Shown here: one piece after another, positions 27,300 through 36,991 of the stretch
Layout of the letters: each line of letters begins with the position of its first letter
Numbering within the stretch: the stretch's first letter is position 1
Assembly (NCBI GenBank): GCA_963758195.1
Contig: CAVWUH010000002.1
Span: forward strand, 4,301,560 to 4,365,559
Length of the DNA: 64,000 nucleotides
Reading direction: 5' to 3'
DNA from: an uncultured Acidobacteriota bacterium
Lineage (GTDB): Bacteria > Acidobacteriota > Thermoanaerobaculia > Gp7-AA8
Program-made: the position numbers and the translations under genes
The notes under the pieces: generated by a model
Databases searched by the model: none
What the model was told of the DNA's origin: nothing
What the model saw: the letters and a program-made list of their open reading frames with translations, nothing else

Positions 27300-30285
27300 A
27301 TGCTCGCCGAGCTTCTGCTGAAGTGGCCGCTCTTCCGCCAGCTCCGTGGTGACGACGATGCCGCGACGAGCGATCGCACGCGCGCGTTGCGTCCGCGAAA
27401 CGAAGACGCGGAAGTGACGCGGTCGATCTGCCCGTACTGCGCCGTCGGCTGTGGTCAACTCGTTTACCATCGCGACGGAAGGGTCGTGAGCATCGAGGGC
27501 GATCCGGAGTCGCCGATCTCGCGCGGGCATCTTTGTCCGAAGGGCGCGGCCAGCTATGAGCTCGTCACGCATCCGGCGCGGGCGACGAAGATGAAGTACC
27601 GCGCGCCGCGCTCGCGGCAATGGGTCGATCTCGATCTCGATCGCGCGATGGACATGGTCGCCGAGCGCGTGTGGGCGACGCGCGAGCGGACGTTCGACGA
27701 GCAGCACATGCACACGACGGGCGTCGCGCACCTCGGCGGCGCTACGCTCGACGTCGAAGAGAACTACCTCATCAAGAAACTCTTCACCGCCGGATTGGGG
27801 ATGGTCTGCCTGAGCAATCAGGCGCGGATATGACACAGCTCCACGGTGCCCGGTCTGGGCACCTCCTTCGGGCGCGGCGGCGCCACGACCGCTCAGCAGG
27901 ATCTCGCCAACTCGGATGCGATTCTGATCATGGGCTCGTCGATGGCCGAGAACCATCCCGTCGGATTCCAGTGGGTCATCGAGGCGCGCGAGAAGAACGG
28001 CGCGAAGGTCATTCACGTCGATCCGCGCTTCACCCGCACATCGGCGATGGCTGATTACTGGCTGCCGCTCCGCGCCGGGAGCGATCTCGTATTTCTCGGC
28101 GCGATGATTCGCTACGTCCTCGAGGAGGAGCGCTTCTTCCGCGAGTACGTGGTGCGCTACACGAACGCCGCGGTGCTCGTGCGCGAAGACTTCCGTGACA
28201 CCGAGGAGCTCGGCGGCGTGTTCTCGGGACCGGAGACGTGGCTCGATCCCGACTCGCCGAAGGGCGCGAACCGACACCGGACATCGTGGCGAAGGGCAGG
28301 GAGCGCGGCGAACACGCATCACGATCCGGAACGCGACGAAAGCCTCCAGCATCCGCGCTGCGTCTTTCAGGTGATGCGTCGCCACTTCGCGCGCTACACG
28401 CCGGAGCTCGTCGAGCAAACCTGCGGCGTTCCGAAGGAGCGGTTCCTCGAAATTGCGCGACGTCTTCACGAGCGCTTCCGGACCGGAGAAGACCGCGGCG
28501 ATCTGCTACGCGGTCGGCTGGACGCAGCACTCCAGCGGCGTGCAGATCATTCGCGCCGCTTCGATCCTTCAACTCCTCCTCGGCAACATCGGACGTCCCG
28601 GCGGCGGAATCCTGGCGTTGCGCGGACACGCTTCGATTCAGGGATCGACCGACATACCGACGCTCTACGACATCCTTCCCGGCTACCTGCCGATGCCGAC
28701 GTCACTCGAGCTCACGCTCGATTCGTATCTGAAGAAGAACTCGGCGGACAAGGGCTGGTGGAACAACATCGACAAGTACATCGTGTCACTGCTGAAGGCG
28801 TACTACGGCGATGCGGCGACGCGCGAGAATGAATTCGGCTACGCGTGGCTGCCGCGCCTCATCGGCGATCATTCGTACTTCGGCTACTGGCTGGACATGG
28901 CCGACGGCAAGCTCGAAGGGCTGTTCGTGATGGGACAGAACCCGGCCGTCGGCTCGCCGAACGGAAAGCTCGAGCGCGCGGCACTGCGCAAGTTGAAATG
29001 GCTGGTCGTGCGCGATCTCGTGGAGACCGAGACCGCCGCGTTTTGGAGATCGAGGCTCCGGACGAGATCGATACCGAAGTGTTCTTCTTTCCCGCGGCGT
29101 CGCACGTGGAGAAGGACGGCACGTTCACGAACACGCAGCGACTCCTGCAATGGCGAGACAAAGCGGTCGAGCCTCCTGGCGATGCGCGCAGCGAGCTGCA
29201 GTTCATGGTCGCGCTGGGACGCAAGCTCAAGGCGATGGCGACGGACGCGCCGCGCGATGCCGCGCTTCGCGCGTTGACGTGGGATTACACGGAGGAAGAT
29301 GCGGAGGAAGTGCTGCGGGAGATTCATGGCGGCACGGCCACTGAGTCGCCAGCGCTGCGGAACTTCACGGATCTCAAGAGCGATGGCTCGACTTCATGCG
29401 GTTGCTGGATCTACTCCGGCGTCTTCGATGGCGTGAACAAAGCTAACGGTCGCGCGGCGAAGGGTCGCTACGGACATGGTTGGGGTTATGCGTGGCCGAT
29501 GGATCGGCGCATCCTCTACAACCGCGCTTCCGCGCGTCCCGATGGATCGCCGTGGAGCGAGCGCAAGGAGCTGGTCTGGTGGGATGACGAGAAGCGTGAA
29601 TGGACCGGGCACGATGTCGCCGACTTCACGCGCACGAAAGCGCCCGACTATCGTCCCGATGAAGCGAAACAAGGCGACGATGCGATTCGCGGCGATGCGC
29701 CGTTCATCATGCATCCCGATGGGTGGGCTGGCTCTGGGTTCCGTCGGGCTTGAAAGACGGACCGCTGCCAACGCACTACGAGCCGCTCGAGTCGAACATT
29801 CGCAACCCGCTGTACGCGCAACAGGAAAATCCGTATGCGCTGAAGCTCGAGCGCGACGACAATGTCTACGCGTCATCGCCCGATCCGCGGTTCCCCTACG
29901 TCCTGACGACCTATCGGCTCACCGAACATCACACCGCGGGCGGCATGTCGCGGACGCTCTCGCATCTCGCGGAGCTGCAGCCGGAGCTCTTCGCCGAGAT
30001 CTCGCCGGAGCTCGCCGCGGAAGCGGGCGTCGCCAACGGCGAGATGCGTCACGATCTCCACCGCCCGCGCCACGATTCGACGCGCGCGCACTCGTCACCT
30101 CGCGCATGCCGTCGCTCACGATCGACGGCAAGCGCGTGCATCAGGTCGGCCTGCCATTCCATTGGGGCGGCCGCGGCCTCGTCACCGGCGACGTCGTCAA
30201 CGATCTCCTCGCGATCTCCGAGGAACCGAACGTGAGGATCTTCGAATCGAAGGGGCTGACGTGCAATCTAAGGCGTATAGGCTGA
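27300..30285 (+). CDS. fdhA: Formate dehydrogenase catalytic (molybdopterin) subunit, selenocysteine-containing; about 4 apparent frameshifts in the 3' two-thirds
   Basis: SICPYCAVGCGQLVYH (4Fe-4S), ...MVCLSNQARI-TGA-HSSTVPGLGTSFGRGGATT, where the in-frame TGA 27831..27833 aligns with the Sec of FdnG/FdoG-type enzymes. Downstream peptides continue in frames 0>1>0>2>1 (...YAVGWTQHSSGVQIIRAASILQLLLGNIGRPGGGILALRGHASIQG...; ...FFPAASHVEKDGTFTNTQR...; ...VLTTYRLTEHHTAGGMSR...; ...GKRVHQVGLPFHWG). Confidence 0.9.
27831..27870 (+). promoter_or_regulatory. UGA(Sec) codon plus putative bacterial SECIS hairpin
   Basis: tga cacagctccac GGTGCCC ggtct GGGCACC. A perfect 7-bp stem starts 11 nt after the UGA. 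The GGUCU apical loop is reminiscent of the E. coli fdhF SECIS loop. Confidence 0.6.
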
Positions 30286-30287
30286 TC

Positions 30288-30340
30288 GGCGCACAGGCGC
30301 ACAGCGGAATTGGATCTGTGAGCCTGTGCGCCTGTGCGCC
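30288..30340. repeat. Intra-operon hairpin with GCGCACAG octamer arms (between fdhA and the 4Fe-4S subunit)
   Basis: ggcgcacaggcgcacag cggaattggatctgtgag cctgtgcgcctgtgcgcc. Confidence 0.8.
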
Positions 30341-30349
30341 CGTGAAACC

Positions 30350-31141
30350 ATGAGCAAAACCTCGACGACCACCGGCTTCTTCACCGACTCCACGCTCTGC
30401 ATCGGATGCAAGGCGTGCGAGGTCGCGTGCAAGGAATGGAACGACGTGCCGAGCGACGGTTTCGATTTCTCCGGCAAGTCGTACGACAACACGCTGGGGC
30501 TCGGGCACTCGACGTGGCGGCACGTGAAGTTCGTCGAAGGGGAGACGCAGATCGGATCGGGCGGCAACGCGCCGGATCTGATGACCTGGCAGTTCTCGTC
30601 CGACGTCTGCAAACACTGCGAGAACGCCGGCTGCCTCGAAGCGTGTCCGACCGGCTCGATCATCCGCACGGAATTCGGCGGCGTCTACGTGCAGCCCGAC
30701 ATCTGCAACGGCTGCGGCTATTGCGTCGTCACCTGCCCATTCGGCGTCATCGATCGTCGTCCGGACGACGGTCGAGCGTTCAAATGCACGTTCTGCTACG
30801 ACCGTCAGAAAGCGGGCGAGGTTCCCGCGTGCGCGAAGGCGTGTCCCACGCAATCGATTCTCTTCGGCGATCTGGAAGAGCTCGAACGCGCCGCCGACGC
30901 GCGCATCGCTACGCTGCATTCGGCGGGGATGACGGACGCGAATCTCTACAATCCGAAGGAGACTAGCGTCGGCGGGACGCACGCGTTCTTTCTGCTGCGC
31001 GGCGATCCGCGAAACTACAACCTGCCGCTCGATCCCGTGTTCCCGGTGACGCTGCTGAAGCCGGCGTGGACCGAGGCCGCCGCGGCGGCGGCGGTAATCT
31101 TCGGCGGCGCGCTGCTGGCCTTCGCATTCCATCGCAAATGA
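30350..31141 (+). CDS. Formate dehydrogenase iron-sulfur subunit (4x 4Fe-4S ferredoxin type, C-terminal TM anchor)
   Basis: CIGCKACEVACKEWN...CKHCENAGCLEACPTG...CNGCGYCVVTCPFG...CTFCYDRQKAGEVPACAKACP. C-terminal helix AAAAAAVIFGGALLAFAF. Confidence 0.9.
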   Translation: MSKTSTTTGFFTDSTLCIGCKACEVACKEWNDVPSDGFDFSGKSYDNTLGLGHSTWRHVKFVEGETQIGSGGNAPDLMTWQFSSDVCKHCENAGCLEACPTGSIIRTEFGGVYVQPDICNGCGYCVVTCPFGVIDRRPDDGRAFKCTFCYDRQKAGEVPACAKACPTQSILFGDLEELERAADARIATLHSAGMTDANLYNPKETSVGGTHAFFLLRGDPRNYNLPLDPVFPVTLLKPAWTEAAAAAAVIFGGALLAFAFHRK

Positions 31142-31965
31142 GCTCTTACTACGACCTCCCGCTGCACAAGCCTCCCGTCTGGACGTGGGAAGTGCCGACG
31201 TATTTTTTCGTCGGAGGCGCGGCTGGTGCGGCCGCGGTGCTCGGCGCAGTGGCGCAACTGGCAGGCGCGGATGAGGCTCTCGTGCGCGATGCACGCTGGA
31301 TCGCCGCCGCGGGCTCCGCGCTTTCCGCGCCGCTGCTCATCGCCGACCTCGGGCGTCCGGAGCGTTTTCTCAACATGCTGCGCGTGTTCAAACTGCAGTC
31401 GCCGATGTCCGTCGGCGCCTGGACCGTCGCCGCGTTCGGCACGGCGTCGAGCGCATCGGCGTTCGCGACTCTCGTGCGTCGCAATACCAATCTGCCGGTG
31501 AAGATCATCGAGAACGCTTCGGCGACGGTCGCGGCAGCGACGGGTCTCGTGATGGCAACGTACACCGGCGTGCTCCTCGGTGCGACCGCGATTCCGGTCT
31601 GGAAGAAACACGTGCGTCTGTTGCCCGTCCACTTCGGCGCCTCGGCACTCGGCTCCGCGGTCTCGCTGCTCGAGCTCCGCGGCCACCGCCACGCCGCGCT
31701 CCAATCCCTCGGTCTCGGCGCCGCGATCTTCGAGACCTTCGCGAACCATGCCATCGAAAGCGGCGACGACCGCGTCTCCGCGCCGCTGCGCACAACCATC
31801 ACGCGCCTCGGCGGCGCGCTCTCGGGACCGATCCCTCTCGCGCTCCGCCTCCTCGGCGCCCGCAAAGGCGCCGCCGTCTCGACACTCCTCGGCTCCCTCC
31901 TCACACGCTTCGCGTGGGTCGAAGCAGGAAAGATCAGCGCGAAGGACGTGACGGTCGCGCTGTAG
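31138..31965 (+). CDS. NrfD/PsrC-like integral membrane subunit
   Basis: ATGA overlap with the upstream gene. MSSYYDLPLHKPPVWTWEVPTYFFVGGAAGAA is a typical NrfD-family start, followed by ~8 hydrophobic helices. Confidence 0.7.
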   Translation: MSSYYDLPLHKPPVWTWEVPTYFFVGGAAGAAAVLGAVAQLAGADEALVRDARWIAAAGSALSAPLLIADLGRPERFLNMLRVFKLQSPMSVGAWTVAAFGTASSASAFATLVRRNTNLPVKIIENASATVAAATGLVMATYTGVLLGATAIPVWKKHVRLLPVHFGASALGSAVSLLELRGHRHAALQSLGLGAAIFETFANHAIESGDDRVSAPLRTTITRLGGALSGPIPLALRLLGARKGAAVSTLLGSLLTRFAWVEAGKISAKDVTVAL

Positions 31966-32160
31966 TCAGCTTGCAGCTCGCCGCTCGCAGCTCGCAGGAA
32001 AACCGAGTGGACCGCTGCCGTCTCGGCGGCTGGGGCGGCGTCGTCTCGACGCCCGCCCGTGAGCGGCGAGACGCCGCTCACCCAGCCGGCGAGACGCCAG
32101 CGGTCCACCCACGACAACCCAAGTGTAGACGTGCTCCTGCGAGCTGCCAGCTGAGAGCTC
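31966..32160. repeat. Composite nested palindrome filling the convergent intergenic region
   Basis: Outer arms tcagcttgcagctcgccgctcgcagctcgcagga / ctcctgcgagctgccagctgagagctc enclose an inner 27-bp inverted repeat (gtggaccgctgccgtctcggcggctgg / ccagccggcgagacgccagcggtccac). That repeat in turn encloses two further hairpins, gtgagcggc gagac gccgctcac and gggcggcgtcg..gacgcccgccc. Confidence 0.8.
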
Positions 32161-32634
32161 CTACACGCAGTACGTGCCGGACATGCGATCGGGTAGCGAG
32201 CGACGCGAAGGGAGAGCCGCGAGGGCGAAGCCGAGGCCGCAGGTGAGGAGCGAGAGGTAGACGGCGGACCAGCGGAGCGAGGCGTCGCGCAGCGAGATCG
32301 CGTGCGGTTCCGCGTCGCGCACCACGCGCACGTCGAAGATCGCGCCGCCGATGGTCTTGCCCCAGAGCATCCACGTGCCGACGAAGTAGTAATACGAGAG
32401 GACGACGAGGAACCCCGCCAGCGCGCCGGTCGTCATCCATGAAGAGGGCTGTGGCAGCAGCGGAGAGAGTGCGAGAGCGACCGCCGCGAAGAGGGAGAGG
32501 TCCGTCAGCAGCGCCATCAGTCTTCGGAAGCGAGACGCCTCCTCGGTTGCCGAAGCTGTCGTCGCGCCTGGGAGCGCAACGTCTCCGATTCCGAGCGGCA
32601 CCGTTTCGAGCTCGACTTCGTCAAAGCGCATCAC
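32161..32634 (-). CDS. RDD family membrane protein
   Basis: RRLMALLTDLSLFAAV...YYYFVGTWMLWGKTIGGAIFDVRVV...LRWSAVYLSLLTCGLGF is an RDD-domain pattern. GTG/ATG start. Confidence 0.65.
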   Translation of the reverse strand: MMRFDEVELETVPLGIGDVALPGATTASATEEASRFRRLMALLTDLSLFAAVALALSPLLPQPSSWMTTGALAGFLVVLSYYYFVGTWMLWGKTIGGAIFDVRVVRDAEPHAISLRDASLRWSAVYLSLLTCGLGFALAALPSRRSLPDRMSGTYCV

Positions 32635-32643
32635 ACCCTCCCG

Positions 32644-32714
32644 TTCAGCTCTCAGCTTTCAGCTCTCAGCTAGCAGGCGTCTCCTGAGAGCTGCGAGCTG
32701 AGAGCTGTCAGCTA
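32644..32714. repeat. Intergenic hairpin with CAGCTCT heptamer arms
   Basis: ttcagctctcagctttcagctctcagctagcagg cgtct cctgagagctgcgagctgagagctgtcagc. Confidence 0.8.
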
Positions 32715-34850
32715 ACTCGCTTGTCGTGTCGGCAGATATTTTACGTAAATCTTGTAGAGAAGGTCTTTCGGTTCGCCGTCGTAGCGCAAGGCCAGATCGC
32801 GGCTGCGTTTGGCGAGCTCGTCGTCGGGTGTGACTTTGAGCACTTCGTCGAACTCGTGAACCGCGTCCTGTACGCGCTCTTCCTGAAGCGCCTGCGCGCC
32901 CATGTTGAAGTGCGCATCGACGATGAGGCGGCTCACGTTGAGGTTCGACGGATCCTGATCGAGCAGTGACTGCAGATTGGAAATGGCCTCCGTGTACTTG
33001 CGCTCGGCGAAGAGCGCCTTGGCCGCGTCGAGCTTCGCTACCTGCTGCTGCGCGGCGTCGTACTGCGCCTTCATATCGGGCGGCAGCGGCTTTACGCGCA
33101 TCGCCTGTTCGAGAGCCGCTTTCGCGGTCGCGAAATCATGGGCGTCGAGCGCCGTGCGGGCGGCGGCGAGGCGTTGATCGTAGTACAGCGCGGCAGGGAC
33201 GCCGTCGATCATCTGCGCCGACGTCGACTTCTTGATTTGCAGCTCGGAGATCATCACCAGCGCGCGATCGTGTTCCGGGTCGGTGGCCTTGATGTCCTGC
33301 AACAGCGCGATGGCCTCGTCGTACTTTCCGCGGCTGGCCAGCGTCGATGCGCGGGCGAAGGCCTGCTGCGCCGCCGCGGGATCGGCCTCGGGCTTGTTCA
33401 TGAAACGATTCCACACGAACCAGCCGCCTCCTCCGAGAACCAGAAGCACCACGATCGTGAGGATGAGACCCATCGGCAGTTTGCGCTCGCTCTTCGCCTT
33501 GGGAGGTGTGGCCGCTGCTTTCTTTCCGGAGGACGCGCCAAGAGTTACGGAGCCGGGATCCGGAGGAACCAGTGTGGTTTCATAGGCACCGGACTCCGAC
33601 TCCTCGAAGAAATCGATTTCGAGCTTGTCGTCGCTGACCGAGGGCGGGTTGTACGGATTCGACCGCGCCGCGGCACCGCCTTCGACCACCGTCTCGCCGA
33701 GGCGGTCCAGATGTTCCTTCGCCGCGAAGTTGGACGGATCGAGACGGAGCACTTCCGACAGATCGCTATGCGCCTTGGCCGTATCGCCGCGCTCGAATGC
33801 CGCGATTCCGCGCGCGAGGAGCGACTCCACCTTCTCCTCCGCTTCGCGGCGCTTCGCCTTGGCCCGCTCGATGCGCTCCGATGCCTGATCGTTCGTCACA
33901 TCGATGAGAAAAATGCGCGACCAGAGATCGATCGCCTGCTGATGATCGCCCGCTGCCGCGGCGCGATCGCCATCGGCGAGGTACTGCTCGATCTTCTTCT
34001 GGTCTTCGGCGTTCGTCACGACCGACGCGGTTGCGAAATCGAAGTCGCCACTGACCGGCTCCTTGCTGACGGACGGGGTCTCGAAGGAGAAGCCACCGAA
34101 CGGCGAAGAATCCGCGGGCGTGGCGGCGGCGGGACTGTCGAACGAAAAACTCTGCGCCGGCGAATCGAACGAGAAATTCGCAAACGAAGGCTGCGCCGGT
34201 TTCTCCTCCTCGAACGCGAAGCCGAAGTCCATGGCCTGGGCTGTCGAGCGTCCGGCGCCCGAAGGAGGCGCGGGGCGATCGTCGACGACGAACGACGGCG
34301 CGCGGGGAGGAGGCGCCCCATCGCGGGACGACACGGCTCGGACCAGACGGGCGACGTCGGGATGCGTCGGATCGAGTGCCCGCGCTTTTTCGAGCTCGGT
34401 CTTCGCCGCGGTCGTATTTCCGGACGCGATCAACTGCTCGCACTTGCGAACGAACTGCTCGACGAACGGCGCCGCTTCCATCTTCTCGCGCGCTTCATCG
34501 CCGAGAATGCGCGCGTCGTCGTTGAGAAGATCGTCGGTCAGCACGTCCGTCGTGATCTGGATCGCGCGCTGGAAATCGCGTTCCGCCATCGCCTGGCGCG
34601 CCAGCTCCATCGCCCCGCGATCATCGCTCTGGAGCAGAGTATCGACGTCGATCGGCAGCGACGGATTGTGGATCTTGTCCAGCAGCTTCCGCGCCGGCTC
34701 GAAAGTAGGATCCATCTGCAGGATGAGCGTGCAACCGGCCGCGACCTCATCACGCCGTCCCTGATGGTACAGAGCCAGAGTCTGTTGAAACGTCGAAACG
34801 ACGCGATCTTTCACGGCCCCGGCAAGGGAAGGATTTCCTGGGTAAGTCAT
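32712..34850 (-). CDS. TPR-repeat protein with one TM helix and a central low-complexity region
   Basis: 712-aa intact ORF. TPR-like helical repeats at both ends, TM LPMGLILTIVVLLVLGGGGWFVW, and a Pro/Ala/Ser/Phe-rich middle. Confidence 0.7.
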   Translation of the reverse strand: MTYPGNPSLAGAVKDRVVSTFQQTLALYHQGRRDEVAAGCTLILQMDPTFEPARKLLDKIHNPSLPIDVDTLLQSDDRGAMELARQAMAERDFQRAIQITTDVLTDDLLNDDARILGDEAREKMEAAPFVEQFVRKCEQLIASGNTTAAKTELEKARALDPTHPDVARLVRAVSSRDGAPPPRAPSFVVDDRPAPPSGAGRSTAQAMDFGFAFEEEKPAQPSFANFSFDSPAQSFSFDSPAAATPADSSPFGGFSFETPSVSKEPVSGDFDFATASVVTNAEDQKKIEQYLADGDRAAAAGDHQQAIDLWSRIFLIDVTNDQASERIERAKAKRREAEEKVESLLARGIAAFERGDTAKAHSDLSEVLRLDPSNFAAKEHLDRLGETVVEGGAAARSNPYNPPSVSDDKLEIDFFEESESGAYETTLVPPDPGSVTLGASSGKKAAATPPKAKSERKLPMGLILTIVVLLVLGGGGWFVWNRFMNKPEADPAAAQQAFARASTLASRGKYDEAIALLQDIKATDPEHDRALVMISELQIKKSTSAQMIDGVPAALYYDQRLAAARTALDAHDFATAKAALEQAMRVKPLPPDMKAQYDAAQQQVAKLDAAKALFAERKYTEAISNLQSLLDQDPSNLNVSRLIVDAHFNMGAQALQEERVQDAVHEFDEVLKVTPDDELAKRSRDLALRYDGEPKDLLYKIYVKYLPTRQAS

Positions 34851-34916
34851 GTGCGATGGACTCCGATGGTCGCGCGATTATAGCTATACTCCGCGCGCAG
34901 AAAGGATCGCATCCAG

Positions 34917-35291
34917 ATGGATTACATCGCCACCGACGGAGCCCCGAAAGCGATCGGCCCGTACTCCCAAGCCGTGAAAGCGAACGGCCTCGTCTACACC
35001 TCCGGACAAATTTCCCTCGATCCCGCCACCGGGAACCTGGTCGAAGGTGATTTCGCCGCGCAGGCCCATCGCGTATTCCGAAACCTCGATGCAGTTCTGG
35101 GGGAAGCGGGAAGCAGCTTCAGCAACGTGCTCAAAGCGACGGTCTACGTCACCGACCTCGCCAACTTCCAAACGCTCAACTCGATCTACGCCGAGTACTT
35201 CGGCGAGCACAAACCGGCCCGTACGACGGTCGAAGTGAAGGGGCTACCGAAGGGCGCCGCACTCGAGATTGATCTGGTTGCGTTGGCTTGA
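34917..35291 (+). CDS. ridA: RidA family (YjgF/TdcF) reactive-intermediate deaminase
   Basis: APKAIGPYSQAVKANGLVYTSGQISLDPATGNLV...KATVYVTDLANFQTLNSIYAEYFG...PARTTVEVKGLPKGAALEIDLVA. Confidence 0.9.
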   Translation: MDYIATDGAPKAIGPYSQAVKANGLVYTSGQISLDPATGNLVEGDFAAQAHRVFRNLDAVLGEAGSSFSNVLKATVYVTDLANFQTLNSIYAEYFGEHKPARTTVEVKGLPKGAALEIDLVALA

Positions 35292-35292
35292 C

Positions 35293-35375
35293 GTAGCTCA
35301 CAGCTCTCAGCGCTCAGCTGGCAGGAGCGGAGCCGTTCTCCTGTGAGCTGCGAGCTGACAGCCGCGAGCTGACAC
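35293..35375. repeat. Intergenic hairpin (CAGCTCT/GAGCTG units, apex CAGGAG...CTCCTG) abutting the next start codon
   Basis: gtagctcacagctctcagcgctcagctggcaggag cggagccgtt ctcctgtgagctgcgagctgacagccgcgagctgacac ATG. Confidence 0.8.
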
Positions 35376-36672
35376 ATGGCACTTCGATTGCTCTCGGAAC
35401 CTCCTATGCGCTCCCGGATCCCCGCCCTTCTCGTTGTGGCACTCCTCTCGGTTCCGGTTGGCGCTGCGACTCGGATGACGTACGACATCCAGGGCTCGCC
35501 CACGGCGATCTCCTGGGCGCCCGCGGCGTTTCCTCTGCGATACGAGATCGATCAACGGGTTGCGCAGATGAATTCCGGCGCCGTGGCGATGATCGATCGC
35601 GCGTTTGCGGCCTGGGCGGCTGTGCCTGAGACCGACATCAGTTTCCAGTCGCGTGGCGTGGTGCAAGGGGCGAGCACCGACGCGGCGGATCGGATCGTCA
35701 TTTCCGTCGCCGACGACCTGTTCAAAGACCAGGGCGCGGCGGCGATCACCACCTACTCCTACGATACGACCACGGGCCGGATGCTCGACGCCGACATTCG
35801 CATCGATTCCTCGCTCTTCAGCGGCGAGCTCAACGCCCAGATGGCGTTGCAGCACGAGATCGGTCACGTCCTCGGGCTCGATCATTCCGCCGTTCTCTCT
35901 TCGATCATGTTTCCGTACGTCGGCCCGGGCAATGCCGCGCCGGAGTTCGACAGCGACGACCGCATCGCCATTTCTCAGATCTATCCGAAGGGCGATCCGT
36001 CGTTGATGGGCGCGACACTCGAGGGTCGCGTCATGGGTGATCAGGGCGGCATCTTCGCCGCGCAGGTCGTGGCCGTGAATGATCACGGACAGCCCGTCGG
36101 CACGGTGCTCACCAATTCCGCGGGCGAGTTCACACTCAACGGAATCCCGGCGGGGCGCTATCGTCTCTATACCGAGCCGCTCGACGGCCCGGTCGAGATC
36201 GCCTCGCTGCAGGGAAGCTGGCGTCAAGCGAAGCTGGTGTCGTTTCCGACCGCGTTCTTCGGACCTGCAATCCAGGTCGAGAACGGAAGGGTTCTACGGC
36301 AACCTCGTGGCGACGACTGCCGGCGCGGGCCAGCTCAATCCAAAATGGGTCGGTGCCATGCACAACGGCTCGCAGGAGATGAGTTTGTCGACCGCACCCG
36401 TCACCGTGAGCCCGGGGGAGACGGTGACGCTTGCCGTCGGCGGCGACGGCTTCACGAGCGGCATGACGCAGTTCGAAGTGCTCAATCCTGCCTTCCGGCG
36501 CGTCTCCGATTTCTCGTGGTCTTCGAACTATGTACGTGCGACGTTCAGCGTGCAGCCTGACGCGGAACCGGTATCTGCTGTCGTGCTCGTGCAAAGCGGC
36601 CGGGAGACCGCGGCGATCACCGGTGCGTTCCGCGTGCACCGTGAGGCGCGCGGGCGTGCGGTGCGCAAGTAA
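35376..36672 (+). CDS. Secreted M10 (matrixin-like) zinc metalloprotease with C-terminal beta-sandwich domains; one frame change near 36290
   Basis: HEIGHVLGLDHS (HExxHxxGxxH) and SIMFPY (Met-turn). GRVMGDQGGIFAAQVVAVNDHGQPVGTVLTNSAGEFTLNGIPAGRYRLY is CarboxypepD_reg-like. The protein continues in frame 1 as YGNLVATTAGAGQLNPKWVGAMHNGSQ... Confidence 0.75.
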
Positions 36673-36702
36673 CCGCGCTCCCTGTGGTACAACATTGCCA
36701 GC

Positions 36703-36945
36703 ATGGCTCGGCGCGTCATCGCAACGGCGTTGTTCCTGATTCTCGCTCTGGCGATGACGCCGGTTTGTCACGAGCTCTGCGATGATGAAGAACCGGGCGC
36801 CTGCGTACACTCACTGACGGCGATTCTCGGTGACGTTCGCATCGTCACGCCTCCGGTGGCGATGCCGCACCCGATGTCGCAACGTGACGAACCGCCTTCC
36901 TCGGCACTCCCTGCCGATATCTCCCACATCCCGCTCCTCGGCTGA
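36703..36945 (+). CDS. Small hypothetical membrane/secreted protein
   Basis: 80-aa ORF, MARRVIATALFLILALAMTPVCHELC. TGgTACAAC lies 9 nt upstream of the ATG. No family recognised. Confidence 0.3.
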   Translation: MARRVIATALFLILALAMTPVCHELCDDEEPGACVHSLTAILGDVRIVTPPVAMPHPMSQRDEPPSSALPADISHIPLLG

Positions 36946-36991
36946 AGAACGTTCGCTCCGTTCACCCAGTCCTCCCAGCCGAGGTGTTTTT

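Noticed and set aside
27831-27833. The TGA splitting the formate dehydrogenase gene as a nonsense mutation or pseudogene.
   Set aside because: It is in frame on both sides, aligns with the conserved Sec/Cys active-site position, and is followed by a SECIS-like hairpin.
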